Assembly (NCBI GenBank): GCA_002269645.1
Contig: NIVC01003947.1
Location: 4,300-68,299, forward strand
Length of the DNA: 64,000 bases
Source of the DNA: Macrostomum lignano
Lineage: Eukaryota
Direction: 5' to 3'
The notes beneath the pieces are model-generated. The model saw only the letters and a list, made by a program, of their open reading frames with translations. It did no database searches and was not told the DNA's origin. How positions within the stretch are numbered: the first letter of the stretch is position 1; each line of letters starts with the position of its first letter. Position numbers and translations under genes: made by a program. Below, one piece after another: positions 13,932-26,933 of this stretch.

Positions 13932-15948
13932 AGCTCTGGCAGGCAACCAGTTCTGCTATCCGCGTGGCAACACCAATGAGTTCCAGCTCAGCAAAAAAAT
14001 CGAGTTCATTGAAGATCGAATCATTCCCAAAACTGATGGAGACCCTGTACCTGAGGAAGGCCTCAGCTGCAAATGGAAGATTCTGACTGACCATCTTGAC
14101 AATGCCGTTGTGGTTCTGACTGGCTTTGACACGGAGACGCACTTAAGCGAGCGGAGGTGGAAAAGATCTGTGGATTCAGCTGCACAGCAACAACCGATGC
14201 GATACGAACTGCATTCAAAGGCTTCGAACTGTAAGCAGCGCTTTGAGCACAGTTAGTGAATAAATAATAATATTCGATTTTGTCTAGTTACTCTTTTGCT
14301 AGAAACAGAACATCTAAAAGCTGTTCAATAACGTTCATTCAGTTAATTACCAACAAAAGGCTCAATACAGATAATAAAGCATCTAATTAGCCGTCTGGTA
14401 GCCAAACGAAGAGAATTAATAACTCTCTTAGAGTTATAAAGAGTTATATAGTTTGAGGAAGTTAAAATCAAATAGTAGAGATGATAAGATTGAACTTCAC
14501 GCCTACTTATAAATGCTTTGTGCAGTAGTGAAGTCTGCACTTGTTGAATGGCAAGTGTGAGCGAGAATTTTGTTTTAATGCCCCACTACTGACTTCTAGT
14601 CGGTACTAGATAAACGCAGTCAACTCCCAATGGAACTTGAACTTTTCAGCGACTTGCTCGTCGCCTTCAACAAGCGAGCCAAAGCCCGTGGAGCTGGAGA
14701 TGTTGCGCGTGCTGCAACTGACGAAAGGGTACGATAGAGCTGGCCTGATGCTGGACCGATTCTTTGAAATCCATAATTCTGTAATTGAACTCAACCACTG
14801 TACTCTACATCAAACTGTAGGAGCTACCTGACGGTCTCATTCCGGCTTAATCGGAGTAGCTCAGCGAATATCCCTGGTCTACAAATTCGGCTGATGGAGC
14901 CGGGATTCTGCTGCAGAAACATTACAAATTTTGAGAGCAACTGCTACACCACAGGATCGGTTCATCGGAACCTGACTGCTGAGCTGGCTGCGATGAGCGC
15001 TGACAGCGGAGTCATGAGGCTCGCCAGCTTCAGCAGCTCCGCGGCTCTGCAGAACTTCGTCACAGAGAGTAAGCTGGAGTTAAGAGGTGGCTTTTGCACA
15101 TATTTGCACAAATGCACATGGGTTTGGGATAGGAAGCACATTTTAAATGTTACACAATTTCACTCCACTTAAACGCCGGCTTCAGGCCAGCGAACTCGCG
15201 TCGGTTCCGGCCTGAACACTCGCAGCAAGGAGCCGCTGAATCTTGCACATTGGCTTCGCATTGGACTGTTCTATGAGCACAGGACCAAGAAGGTCTTCTA
15301 CCTGAACTGCGGGGCAGAAGACTGCAAAATGGCTGAGTTCGAGGATGCTGATAAGCTGTGAGTTTCTTAACTTGACGACAAAAGTTTATTTTCATTCACA
15401 GCAATTGGCTCTCTAATTAGTTTATACCTTCACACTCCTGAAATTTGAATTCCAGGTACCATGCTGTCGAAACTACGAACTCCTTTGTCTCTTGCGGATC
15501 GCTCAGAGCTGTCAATGTGGGAGCTGGTGGTGAGGTACTTTGGCGGGTGAGCTTTAGGGACTGCAGTGAGCAGCTTCCGGCTCTGATCAGCTTCCCGGAT
15601 GCGGCCGGAAACAGATGCGGAGACTGGAGCCAACCTGTGCTGAGCTGGATGCTTGCGGCTGCCCAGCCGGCTGCGAAAGAAGAACAGACCGAAGGAACTA
15701 ACTCTAAGTCTAAGAACAGACTAAGTCCCAGTCCTGAAGGGATGAGTGTGCTGGGTATGGTTCTGCTTGGGGCTTTTGCTACCACTCTATTAGCACTTAT
15801 CTTTACTTTGATGCTACTTTTTATGGGTCGACGGCCATGCCTTCAATATAGAGCAGTAACTCCGCCAAAGACGGTCCCAAGCCCGGTTGAAAAAGGAGGA
15901 GGGTTTGATAAGGTCTGCCACTCTGACTCTGGAAAACCTCTGGTGTAA
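13932..15948 (+). CDS. Multi-exon type I membrane protein, paralog A2 (exons ~13932-14230, 14620-~14728, 14821-15068, 15186-15357, 15456-15948; first exon not identified)
   Basis: GT-AG boundaries with compatible phases; open GC-rich exons with Cys residues, a furin-like RRWKRS site and a C-terminal TM helix plus RR. The exon-2 donor is the least certain. Confidence 0.6.
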
Positions 15949-17430
15949 CGGAGGCAGCGTCTTAGGTGTCATGCAAACAGAGTGACGCAATAATCAGCAC
16001 CTTTCCCTGGCAACCTGACCAAGGGTAGAACACACACATAAAAAGATTGAAAGCCTTTTAGCTCGCATTTTGCCCTGCTTATCTTGTTGGCTTGATCAGC
16101 CAATAACAGAGCTAGCAACAGATACAGAATTATCCATGACAGCTGAGTCTGATCAGCCGAAATCAAGTTTCACTTTCTCATCGGAAGATCCAACAAAACC
16201 GTATTTTGGGGATGTTGCTGCTGCTGTTAACTTGTGAACTAAAAAATAAAATCTTTCAATTGCCTCCTGAGCAGCAAAAAGAAAGTCTTCAGAAGTTCAA
16301 TGAAGAGCTTCAACACAGCCCACTGAGTGAGAAACATGCCAGTTCTATGTAAATATACCAGTTAATTGCTTTGTAAATATGCCGCTTTTGTTGCAGAATA
16401 ATAACTTTGCTGTATAAATACGACAAATACGCTCGCATCGGGCATTGTAATGTTTATTTTGTGTAAAATTTCTGTACATTTCATTATTTGGTGTTCATTG
16501 CTTCCCAAAGTTGCTCCCTAAAGCACATTTACCAATGTTTTGTCTTGTACCCCTCTTTATCTATTCACTACCGTTAGCGAAGTGTGAAATGATGGTAGAC
16601 TGTTTAGAATGCATTTTAGCTGAGTTAATTAAATAAGTAGTGGCTGATAAACGAGTGCATTGAGACTGAGTGTTTCGCACTAATCTACTCGTAGCAGTTG
16701 TATACTTAACATTTTGCAAAATTTATGATTTTAATGCAAGTGTACCTGAATTAGTGTGAATTTACGAGCGTATAATAAAAAACTGATTTACCTGTCATTT
16801 AAACAATCCAGCAGAAACGCAGTAATTCAAGAATTGTGCAATCTAATATCTCAATTATCGGTGATTACGGTAGGCAGAGAGCTGCTTTCAAGAATATTCT
16901 TGATGAGTAGGCATCGAAAAACTGCCTGTAAGTCATCCCTGAGTTGAATAAGAATAAAGGTAAGTAGAATAACAGGGAAGAATAATTGAATGTATTGAAT
17001 GCATTTCATTATGAAAAGATCATAACCGAGTGCCCATAGAATCCGACAAATGGGCGCATTGCACCGACGAATAACGACGTTGGCTGAACGTCCCTGCATT
17101 GTAAAAGTACCTGCGTTTACCTGCAGCGTCACGTGTGTCGGATTTCTGTACGGGATTATTAGAATGATGCGAATTTAACCTTTTTTATTCTTTAGACAAC
17201 AGAGTATTAAATCTAGATGTAGTTAGTGTTCGGGCTTCATTTCTTTGTACAAAGTGTCTTGAAGCTGCATCTCTACCCAGTGGGTGGGAGTCAGAATTCG
17301 ACGGAAATGTTTTATCGTCAAGTTCTAAAATTCCCGGACCTGGTTTGGAGTTCATCATATCAGGGTTTTCAGCTTTTAGGCTTTTTATTGGGGCTGTGCC
17401 TTTCAGGGACGACTGCAATGAGAGGCGCCA
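15145..17430 (+). repeat. Segmental duplicate of ~1090-3400
   Basis: Near-identical sequence; near-identical ORF pairs 1388/15445, 2815/16851 and 3149/17185. Confidence 0.95.
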
Positions 17431-18920
17431 GGACCAAGGGGCTTTAGCACCAAGGGGCTTTAGCACCAAGGGGCTTTAGCACCAAGGGGCTTTAGCACCA
17501 AGGGGCTTTAGCACCAAGGGGCTTTAGCACCAAGGGGCTTTAGCACCAAGGGGCTTTAGCACCAAGAGGCTTTAGCACCAAGGGGCTTTAGCACCAAGGG
17601 GCTTTAGCACCAAGGGGCTTTAGCACCAAGGGGCTTTAGCACCAAGGGGCTTTAGCACCAAGGGGCTTTAGCACCAAGGGGCTTTAGCACCAAGGGGCTT
17701 TAGCACCAAGGGGCTTTAGCACCAAGGGGCTTTAGCACCAAGGGGCTTTAGCACCAAGGGGCTTTAGCACCAAGGGGCTTTAGCACCAAGGAGCTTTAGC
17801 ACCAAGGGGCTTTAGCACCAAGGGGCTTTAGCACCAAGGGGCTTTAGCACCAAGGGGCTTTAGCACCAAGGGGCTTTAGCACCAAGGGGCTTTAGCACCA
17901 AGGGGCTTTAGCACCAAGGGGCTTTAGCACCAAGGGGCTTTAGCACCAAGGGGCTTTAGCACCAAGGGGCTTTAGCACCAAGGGGCTTTAGCACCAAGGG
18001 GCTTTAGCACCAAGGGGCTTTAGCACCAAGGGGCTTTAGCACCAAGGGGCTTTAGCACCAAGGGGCTTTAGCACCAAGGGGCTTTAGCACCAAGGGGCTT
18101 TAGCACCAAGGGGCTTTAGCACCAAGGGGCTTTAGCACCAAGGGGCTTTAGCACCAAGGGGCTTTAGCACCAAGGGGCTTTAGCACCAAGGGGCTTTAGC
18201 ACCAAGGGGCTTTAGCACCAAGGGGCTTTAGCACCAAGGGGCTTTAGCACCAAGGGGCTTTAGCACCAAGGGGCTTTAGCACCAAGGGGCGCCAGCACCA
18301 AGGGGCTTTAGCACCAAGGGGCTTTAGCACCAAGGGGCTTTAGCACCAAGGGGCGCCAGCACCAAGGGGCTTTAGCACCAAGGGGCTTTAGCACCAAGGG
18401 GCTTTAGCACCAAGGGGCTTTAGCACCAAGGGGCGCCAGCACCAAGGGGCTTTAGCACCAAGGGGCTTTAGCACCAAGGGGCGCCAGCACCAAGGGGCTT
18501 TAGCACCAAGGGGCTTTAGCACCAAGGGGCTTTAGCACCAAGGGGCTTTAGCACCAAGGGGCTTTAGCACCAAGGGGCTTTAGCACCAAGGGGCTTTAGC
18601 ACCAAGGGGCGCCAGCACCAAGGGGCGCCAGCACCAAGGGGCGCCAGCACCAAGGGGCTTTAGCACCAAGGGGCTTTAGCACCAAGGGGCTTTAGCACCA
18701 AGGGGCTTTAGCACCAAGGGGCTTTAGCACCAAGGGGCTTTAGCACCAAGGGGCTTTAGCACCAAGGGGCTTTAGCACCAAGGGGCTTTAGCACCAAGGG
18801 GCTTTAGCACCAAGGGGCTTTAGCACCAAGGGGCTTTAGCACCAAGGGGCTTTAGCACCAAGGGGCTTTAGCACCAAGGGGCGCCAGCACGAAGGGGCGC
18901 CAGCACCAAGGGGCGCCAGC
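17431..18920. repeat. 16-bp minisatellite (GGGGCTTTAGCACCAA)n, longer second array
   Basis: Same unit and same left flank as 3397-4317. Confidence 0.97.
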
Positions 18921-19672
18921 ACTATAAGGCTGTTGTTAGGGCCAAAGTGGTCGTCGGGGGAACTGCTAGAATTGGGAAAAGAGCGCCAAACCTGCTGTGA
19001 AGAGGTGCCAAGTGAGTAGGTACTCAGCCATTAGTTTTTCCAGCCTATTTGGTCACGCTGCTCCTAATCATTTTTTATCAAAGAAGAGATTAGTAAGAAA
19101 GTGGAAAGAGATTAGAAAGAAGGAAAATAGAGAGTAAGATAACATTCAGTATCTAAGTTACAAAACTTGTTTGTTTTGTCATCTGTAGTTTCTTCTATTC
19201 TGTTAAATACTGTAAGCACCGGAAAAGCGCTTACATCGAAGTGGAAAAAACAACGACCTCTTAAGACAGCTTAAGAAAGCCGACCTCAATACCCAAAAGA
19301 CAATAACGATCGCTGAGATTTGAGGGACAAGTCAGCAGCCTGCAAATGCGTGACACAGAAGACTGGCAGCAAAATGTGTTGAGAGGCGGGGGTTAATGGT
19401 TGCCTTAACAACAGCACAGACAGAAACTGCAGGAGCGCTAACCCTACCCCGCTCAAACTATTCATTTTTTGCATTGTGCGCATGCGTTCTTGTTGACTAT
19501 AAGATACACTGCCTTTAATAATATTCGGTACTGCGAATTCTGAGCTGCGAGCCTCGCGCTCATAACAGGGCTTTAAGCGGCCAGTGTGTTTTAAAGTCTC
19601 TGCCATTTAAGCACAAGGTAGCAGGGAAAACCTGTTAATAACATTTAAAAATCAAGGACAGGCCAATGCACA

Positions 19673-20302
19673 TGTGAAGAATAAAGGCGGGAAGACGTAC
19701 GATTTGTGTAGCGGTTAAATTTGATAATCTAGAGCCAGTAGCCGACTTCCCTTAGCGTAAATTGCAGATTTGGTAGATTGAATTGAAGGTTAGGTTTGGA
19801 TTGGTAGCTACTTAATTTTAGTGCGACTAAAGCAATTGAGTGCGACGGCTAAGAGGCCCGCGAGAAGCTGAGCGAAAACCCAGTAGTGAAGGCACACTAC
19901 TTCATCGAACGGCGGCTGACTGCAAGCCTATATTTAATTGGTAAGGTAAACAGATAACAAACAACAGCACCCCAAATCCAAAACACAGACAAACCCCCCA
20001 CGCGGCGCGCAATGTACATGTACAAATTAATCGATAAATATATCATGCAAGAATAACACACGTCAGTACAAGTACATAGGTAGAACTACTTTACGAGAAA
20101 TAATAACGATATGAATGAAATACAAATAATAGAATAAATACATACGACCGAGGCTACAAAAACAAAGCAATTAACAGTAAAAATAGCGCGATAATAATAC
20201 GTACGAATATTGTTAAAATAAATGAAAGAATACAGTAGTAGTACGGTATGCATATGAAAATAAAGAAATACGATACACGCTTCTACGAATCACACTGTCA
20301 CA
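19673..20302 (-). mobile_element. Probable solo LTR, 630 bp
   Basis: TGTGA...TCACA ends; 4-bp TSD CACA (19669-19672, 20303-20306); the paralogous site near 8650-8670 is empty (gcacatgcag). Orientation guessed from CCAAT/TATA-like motifs on the minus strand. Confidence 0.6.
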
Positions 20303-22710
20303 CACATGCAGATCTGTTGCTAAAAATACGATACTATATTCTCGTAGCTCTGGGTTTGGCCTGCGTACATGGAGTGAGGGCGGCGTCCAGCTGGCACAAG
20401 CAGGCAGGCCACGTATCGCGGGTTCACGCCTTGTCTCCTGCCTGCTGTCTGACGCCGGCGCCCCGGATTCAATCGGCGACGTGGCTTTTCTATGCGACTT
20501 GTGCTGCTACCGTCAAAGGACTCTGACAGCGTATCTTGTTGTTTCCTTGCGACGCCGGGAAATCTGGGAATGTATAATTTGGGGAATGTAAGATCTTTGG
20601 AATGTAAAATCTTAGGAATTTGAAATCTTAGGAATGTGAAATATGAAGGAATGCAAAATCTGGGAATGTGAAACATGGAGAAAAGCAAAATCTGGGAATG
20701 TGAAAGCTGGGGGTGCAAAATTCGTGGAATGTAAAATTTGGGGAAAGTGAAATCTGGGAAATGTAGAATTGGGGGAATGTAAAATTTGGGGAATGTGAAA
20801 TCTGGGAAATGCAAGTCTTAGGAATGTGAAAGCTGCGGGAGCGTAAAATCTGGGGGAATGTACGAGCTAAAATCTGGGGAATGCAGAATCGAGATAATTT
20901 GGAACATATCCATAAACAGTTCTAGCTAAAGTTTCCACCAAAAAAGACTAAATGAGAGCGATGAAACTGATACTCAAGCTGTTTCTGCACCTCAGTACTT
21001 TTAGCTCGCTCTGCTCGTTGTTGAAATAAACTAAAAGAAGAAATCATAAATACATTTTGAAAAACCTTGTGAACCCCGATAGAACCCATAAAGAAAATTT
21101 TAGTCTCTTAACTTCGACAATAAGGACATCCGCCAGACCCAATGTCACATGCTTGTAATTTTTATTTTATTCCCTGCAGTTGACTGCTTTGAGCTGAACG
21201 GCAGGCTATTATTGTTTACGAACTATTTGTGGGATCTGTATGCATGCAATTTTTTACTTCACTACCTTTAGAAAGAACAAAAAATAAAGAACTCCAAGTT
21301 CTCGGTAAACTGAAGTCCTTTTTTGTACAGCACTGACTATGCGGCGTACAATGAACAGTGCATGCTTGGTCGGGAAGCATTTGCACGATACAGATCGAGC
21401 GTGCGTCCTCTGCTTCTCTTTCCTGGCATGCTACGTACAATAGTGTGATAAAGGCGTAAACTGTGCGCACGCATAGCTCGTACACCTGCACTCCTATAAT
21501 TCAACCCTATTTAAACAATTCTACTGACTGAATTTCCATGGGAGAGCCATGGAATTGCCTTTTAGTTGTACTTGAAAGGAGGGGCAAACTCCAACTGCTT
21601 TAGAGAAAATTCACCGCGGATAAGCCGTGGGTTTCACTTGGATCTTCCTGAGAGTTACCGCGGCTTGGCCTATAAAATCATGGGTTTTCCACGGTGCTCC
21701 CCTCCTAAATTTTCTCTTATAAAGTCTGCAAGAAGTTGGAGTTGGCCAACATCTCTTGGTGAGTATGAGTCCACGTGGACAGTGAGTTGAGCTTTGTGCA
21801 CATTTAGTTACCATAGTTTTTAAGAAATTTGAGCATACTCGTAATTTGATAGCAATGTTAAAGAGTTCTTTTTTGTCAAATGATATTTTTTTAAGGAAAG
21901 ATAAAAGGAGGCAAAAATAGTAGTTATAGGAATGTTAAACAAAATATTTTTTGTTCCACAGAATTTTCTACTGTCGTTTGATTAGCAGACATTCTCGTTC
22001 TCGAGTCATTAGGGGCTGTGTGTGTTGTGTATTTTACTTCGATTGCTAAATGATTTTCGAATTCAACCTACGCGATGATTTATTTGTAATACATGTAGTA
22101 TCATAGCTACAGGGGTTCATTAGAGTCACTAGAATATAATTATACTCGTGTAAGTCAGAGCAAAGGCTGAGTCTGCATCATCAGATGCAATTTTATATTT
22201 AAAATCAAATAAAAAGTTAAATATACACGAGTTTGCACCTGAAATTCCTTGCTAGCAGGGTTGGGTAAACTAAGATCTAAAAGCCAAGAAATGTGTCACT
22301 ACATCAGGTACTAAAACAGAAATCAGATTGCAAAAATTAGAAATTTCGTATAGTAAGCGTACAAGAAGTTTGATGCAATTTACGAATATCCTTGTTCGGC
22401 AGTTTCACGTCTTGCTTATAAATGCTGGCGCAGACACAGAAACTCCATGCTGCGTCCACCTCTCATCGCGATTTTTAGGTGCCGGAAGTGAGCGACATGC
22501 GGCTGAATTTGCAGATAGCGATAGGCAGAAGCCTGGCGACTCTTCTGCTGCTGTCTTCTGCACTTCAAATGTGAGTGATGTGAAGCTTAATTTCTTGCAT
22601 CAGCGGGGATTTCTGTAGCGGATTCCAATTTTTGCTTCAGGTGAATTACGAGTAAATGCTTTTAGTACGCCACGCTTTGGGTGCGTCATATTGATTGAAT
22701 TCATACTGAA

Positions 22711-22854
22711 TTCGAATATGGGAGTAGCTTTTACTGATGGATTTCGAATATGGGAGTAGCTTTTACTGATGGATTTCGAATATGGGAGTAGCTTTTACTG
22801 ATGGATTTCGGATATGGGAGTAGCTTTTACTGATGGATTTCGGATATGGGAGTA
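22711..22854. repeat. 32-bp tandem repeat, 4.5 copies (TTCGAATATGGGAGTAGCTTTTACTGATGGAT)
   Basis: Units start at 22711, 22743, 22775, 22807 and 22839; the last is cut by the Polinton end. Confidence 0.95.
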
Positions 22855-23730
22855 AGTAGTAGTATGTTATAAGGGGCTGCGCCACACTTATCGCTCGGGC
22901 GCATTGCGCGCCAGCTCGCTGGATGACTCAGCCCCTTATAACATACTACTACTACTACCGGGAGGTCATAGTTGCAAGTGTGTGTGTGATAAATATAAAA
23001 ATATATAAATATACATATATCTGTGAGTGAGGGTGTTGAGGGTGAGGGCATGTGGGGGCATTGGCCTGTGGTATATTTCACAGAACACAGATTTTCCGGA
23101 ATTTTTATACTTTTTAAAAAGGGGGGTGCCCTCGCCCTCATGCCCTCACTCATTTTGAAAATCACTAAAAACAGGTGAAAAATGACTAAAAACAGGTGAA
23201 AATGGTCTGAAAACAGCGATTTTTTGTAATTTTAAAAAATTTTGAAAAAGTGCAATTTTCACGATTCCAGCTCTAAAACCATGAGAAAGGTTGGATTCAC
23301 GGGTCAATTTAATGCAATTTCAGGTATATACAATATGAAAGTGTCATCCAATTCAACGATAGTAATATATATATATATATATAAAATGGCCTTCAGTAAA
23401 CCATTATTTCTAGGAAATGCTTTAGATATTCAGTCAGCTATAACAAAACTGCCACTTGTCAACTCTGCAACAATGAAAAGCAGCACTCAACATTTCTATT
23501 GGCTTGCTGAAACATGAATAAATTCTGATGCAGATTTTGCACAATAGAATTACTTCTGAATTGCAAAATAAAATTCTCCTTCACCCTGTGGGACTGAATG
23601 TATTCGAATTGTAGACAGCATTGTTATCACGATGACTAAGAATCATGGCTTCTTCCATATCTTCATCACCTCTGTCTTCTATTCTCTCTGACTCACTTAA
23701 AAACCCTCCAGCATCATGCAAAGAATTAAA
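22855..23730 (+). repeat. Left TIR (~876 bp)
   Basis: Reverse complement of 40254-41112; homology ends at gcaaagaattaaa (23730) / tttaattctttgc (40254). Confidence 0.95.
23386..23517 (+). CDS. 43-aa TIR-encoded ORF, paralogous to exon 1 of the PLA2-integrase gene
   Basis: MAFSKPLFLGNALDIQSAITKLP vs MAFNIPLFLGSALDIQSAMTKLP; TAAAATG start; also open in the right TIR. Confidence 0.45.
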   Translation: MAFSKPLFLGNALDIQSAITKLPLVNSATMKSSTQHFYWLAET

Positions 23731-23907
23731 ATACTCGCAGTAAAATACAATCTACCACTCATGGCACAGGCAGGAAGAGGCACAGGCTCTAAAGGCGACA
23801 GGCGCAAATGTAGCGAAAATTAAGAAGACAAAGTGTAATGCTAAAGTTGGATTATCTATAGAAATTTGCCCAAAAGAAAGCAAAAATGTTAAATTTTCTT
23901 AGAAAAA

Positions 23908-24251
23908 ATGGAAGCTAATAACCCAAATGTTCGAAATCCTCTGCCACAAAAATACTATGATTCTATTATAAATTTCTCTCAAATAAAAACACCCACTCGA
24001 AAGGCTCGACTAATTGAAGAAATTGATAAAGCTTACGATGAATATAAAGCAGAAATATTAAAACACAGCGATTGTAAATGCCCCCATATTTGTATTCATT
24101 CAGAGTATATCTTGCACATGTTGATAAATGGGCATTGATTTCGAGACAGCACATAAGGAATGATGAATTTTTCGTCATGCTTAAGTTGAACATTTTCAAA
24201 CTCCCCATAACCCTTGAGAAGTACATTGAAACTGATGAATTATATTGTTAA
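23908..24251 (+). CDS. Polinton hypothetical protein (one apparent frameshift near 24120)
   Basis: AAAAATG start; ORF 23908-24138 continues in another frame (VDKWALISRQ...DELYC*). Confidence 0.5.
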
Positions 24252-24267
24252 ATTTATTTTAAATAAA

Positions 24268-26724
24268 ATGGAAAGAAAAAATCAAAACGATTCAAGTTTC
24301 TCTCCTGTGATCGTACAGGATCCGCTTCAAAACCATGATGCCCCACCACCAAGATTGACAAATTTAAAACAAACAAAATCGTACGATAAACTAATTAATC
24401 TCTATGGAGAACTTAATTTTATATTCGGAGTTGCAGTATAACATGGAATAGTAAAACAAAGAAAAAAATACCATCAGGAATGCCAACCAAAGCAGATAGG
24501 AATTCAACCTCCCACCATTTCGACCAGAGGTAGACAACATGATTTGGATAGATACTAGAAACTCAAATATAACCGTAATCGATATTGATAATGCTGACCT
24601 ATGCCCTGGTTGAATGAACTGTGTATGACTCATTGTGATTGGATTGTTCAGACAAACAAGGGACACCACTTTTACTTTAACAAGGTAGATGGATTGAAAG
24701 TAACGATTCAACAAAGTGTGGGTTTTGATATTCCAGCTTAGTATTTGCTCCACCAGGTTTCTATTATGTCGATGGTGAAATTAGGGAATACAAACGTATA
24801 AAGCCCGAAAGGTTAATAGACATGCCAGATGTAATTTTGATGAGATAAATAGATTAATTAAGCCACAGGATAAAAATGAAATCCAAGAACAAGATAAACA
24901 GGCACTAAAAAGCACCGTTCCATCACCCAGTTGTGAAGGAGTTTCAAAGTTGTTAAGTATAATACAACACAAAAACCAAGACTATGATTCTTGGTACAAG
25001 GTAGCACTTATACTCCGCGACATAGACAGTGGTGATGAAATGTACAAAGTATTCACTGATTGGTCAAAAGTAAATTATGATAAGTTCGATTCCGAATCAT
25101 GTAAAAATGTGTGGAATAGCACCAGTACCAGCTCTGCTGATGCACAGGACAGACTTACTATCGGTACACTAAAGAAATGGGCTAGTGAAGAAAATTATTG
25201 TAAATATAAGGAATGGAAAAGCAAATATGATTACTATGGTAGGATTGAGTATCTTGATGATAATTTCACTGACGTTAACATAACCAACTTTGTTTATGAA
25301 TATAAGAAGAATAATATAATTTACAATAGCGATGGTGTTTACTATTTTGATGATGATAAGTGGAGAGAACTAAGTAGTATAAATGACATATTTCTTAAAA
25401 TATCACACCTTGTCAGCAGTGAGTTAAACCACCGAAAGACTAGACTCGAAATTGCAATTAAGAAGGCGGCTGATGATAAAGAGAAGTTAAAAGCACTTGA
25501 AAAGAAACTACAGAGTACAATGAAGAATATAAATTCAATACAAGGAGCCAACAAACTCAAACAGGTAACTACTTTGTTCAAAGAGAGGTTTACTAACAAT
25601 GAAATTGAATTCGACATGAAATGGAATTTGCTAGGGTTTAACGATGGAGTATATGATCTCGCTACAGGTGAGTTTCGCGAGTATAGATATGACGATTACG
25701 TTACTAAATCGGTGGGATATAATTACTCGGATGTACTTAGAGTGAGTGATGACGACTATGACTTCATTGTTAATCTGCATAACCAAATTCATCCCGATCC
25801 AGAAAATAGAAAAGTTGGGAATCCGTTATAGCCACAGCTCTAATGGGTAAGAATGTTGAAAACTTTATAATGTTTGATGGCGCTGGTGGAAATGGCAAGG
25901 GGTTGAGGACAACCTACTTCTTAGAACTCTAGGATCTGATTATGCAGCACCACTGAGTCCTGATGTTTTGAATTCACCAATAAGAATAGACAGGCCACAA
26001 CCAGCCCTAGCACAAATTAATAAAAAGAGGTTGGTTATCAGTCAAGAAGTAAGTGGTGTCTTGAACAATGCATCAATAAAATTACTAACTGGCGGTGGGG
26101 TTATCCAAGCTAGAAATTTATATTCAAGCCAGTGTAATGTCGTTTTACACGCAACCCTAATAGTCGAATGCAACAACAAGCCTGACTTTAGACAAAATAT
26201 TGGAGATGCAGAAAAAAGACGAATTATAAATATTAATTACCCATGTAAATATACAACAGATACCGACATCATTGATCCTGAGAAACACACTTACAAGGCC
26301 GATCATATTTAAAAGTGAGGAGTTTAAGACTAAATATAAGTTTGCTGAGATGAAAAACCTACTAGAAATTTTCAAGCAAACAAAGGGTGAAATATATCGA
26401 TCGAAAAGCGTAATTGAAAACACTAATGAATTCATACAAAATTGTAATTGGTTTTCTCACTTCTTTGAAGAGAATTATGAATTTTTAGAAACTGAGGAAA
26501 AAACATTTATGCTTATTAGAGAAATTTACACTGCCGCAACAGAGAGTGAATACTATAGGACTCTAGCCCAACGTGAGAAACGTGAATTCCAACAACAATA
26601 CATAACAGATTTCTTCAAGAATCACAAAGACTATTGTAAGTATTATAAGGATAGATATAGGCGTAGGATAGATGGTAAACAGCAAGAAACTAGAAATATT
26701 CTGTTTTACTGTGTAAAAAAATAA
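24268..26724 (+). pseudogene. D5-like primase-helicase (Prim-Pol/AEP + PriCT-2 + D5_N + SF3 helicase), frameshifted
   Basis: Across frames: VIDID, TNKGHHFYF and VFAPP (Prim-Pol); DYDSWYKVAL..FTDWSK (PriCT-2); LLGFNDGVYDL (D5_N); Walker A GAGGNGKG (~25878-25901); SQE Walker B; ECNNKP. Confidence 0.88.
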
Positions 26725-26933
26725 ACGAAGATGTTATCAATGAGATTACATTGGCTGATGAGGAATAGATCTGATAGGATCCAAATAATATCTTTTATCA
26801 TCTAACGGACTCATTGTTTGTTTCATAATCTCACGAATATATATTTTATTTTTTTCAGATACAGTCATACTTACTCTACCTCTTTGAATATCTTTGTAAT
26901 CTGTCAATAGTATGTTTTTAAATGTTTCAAACT

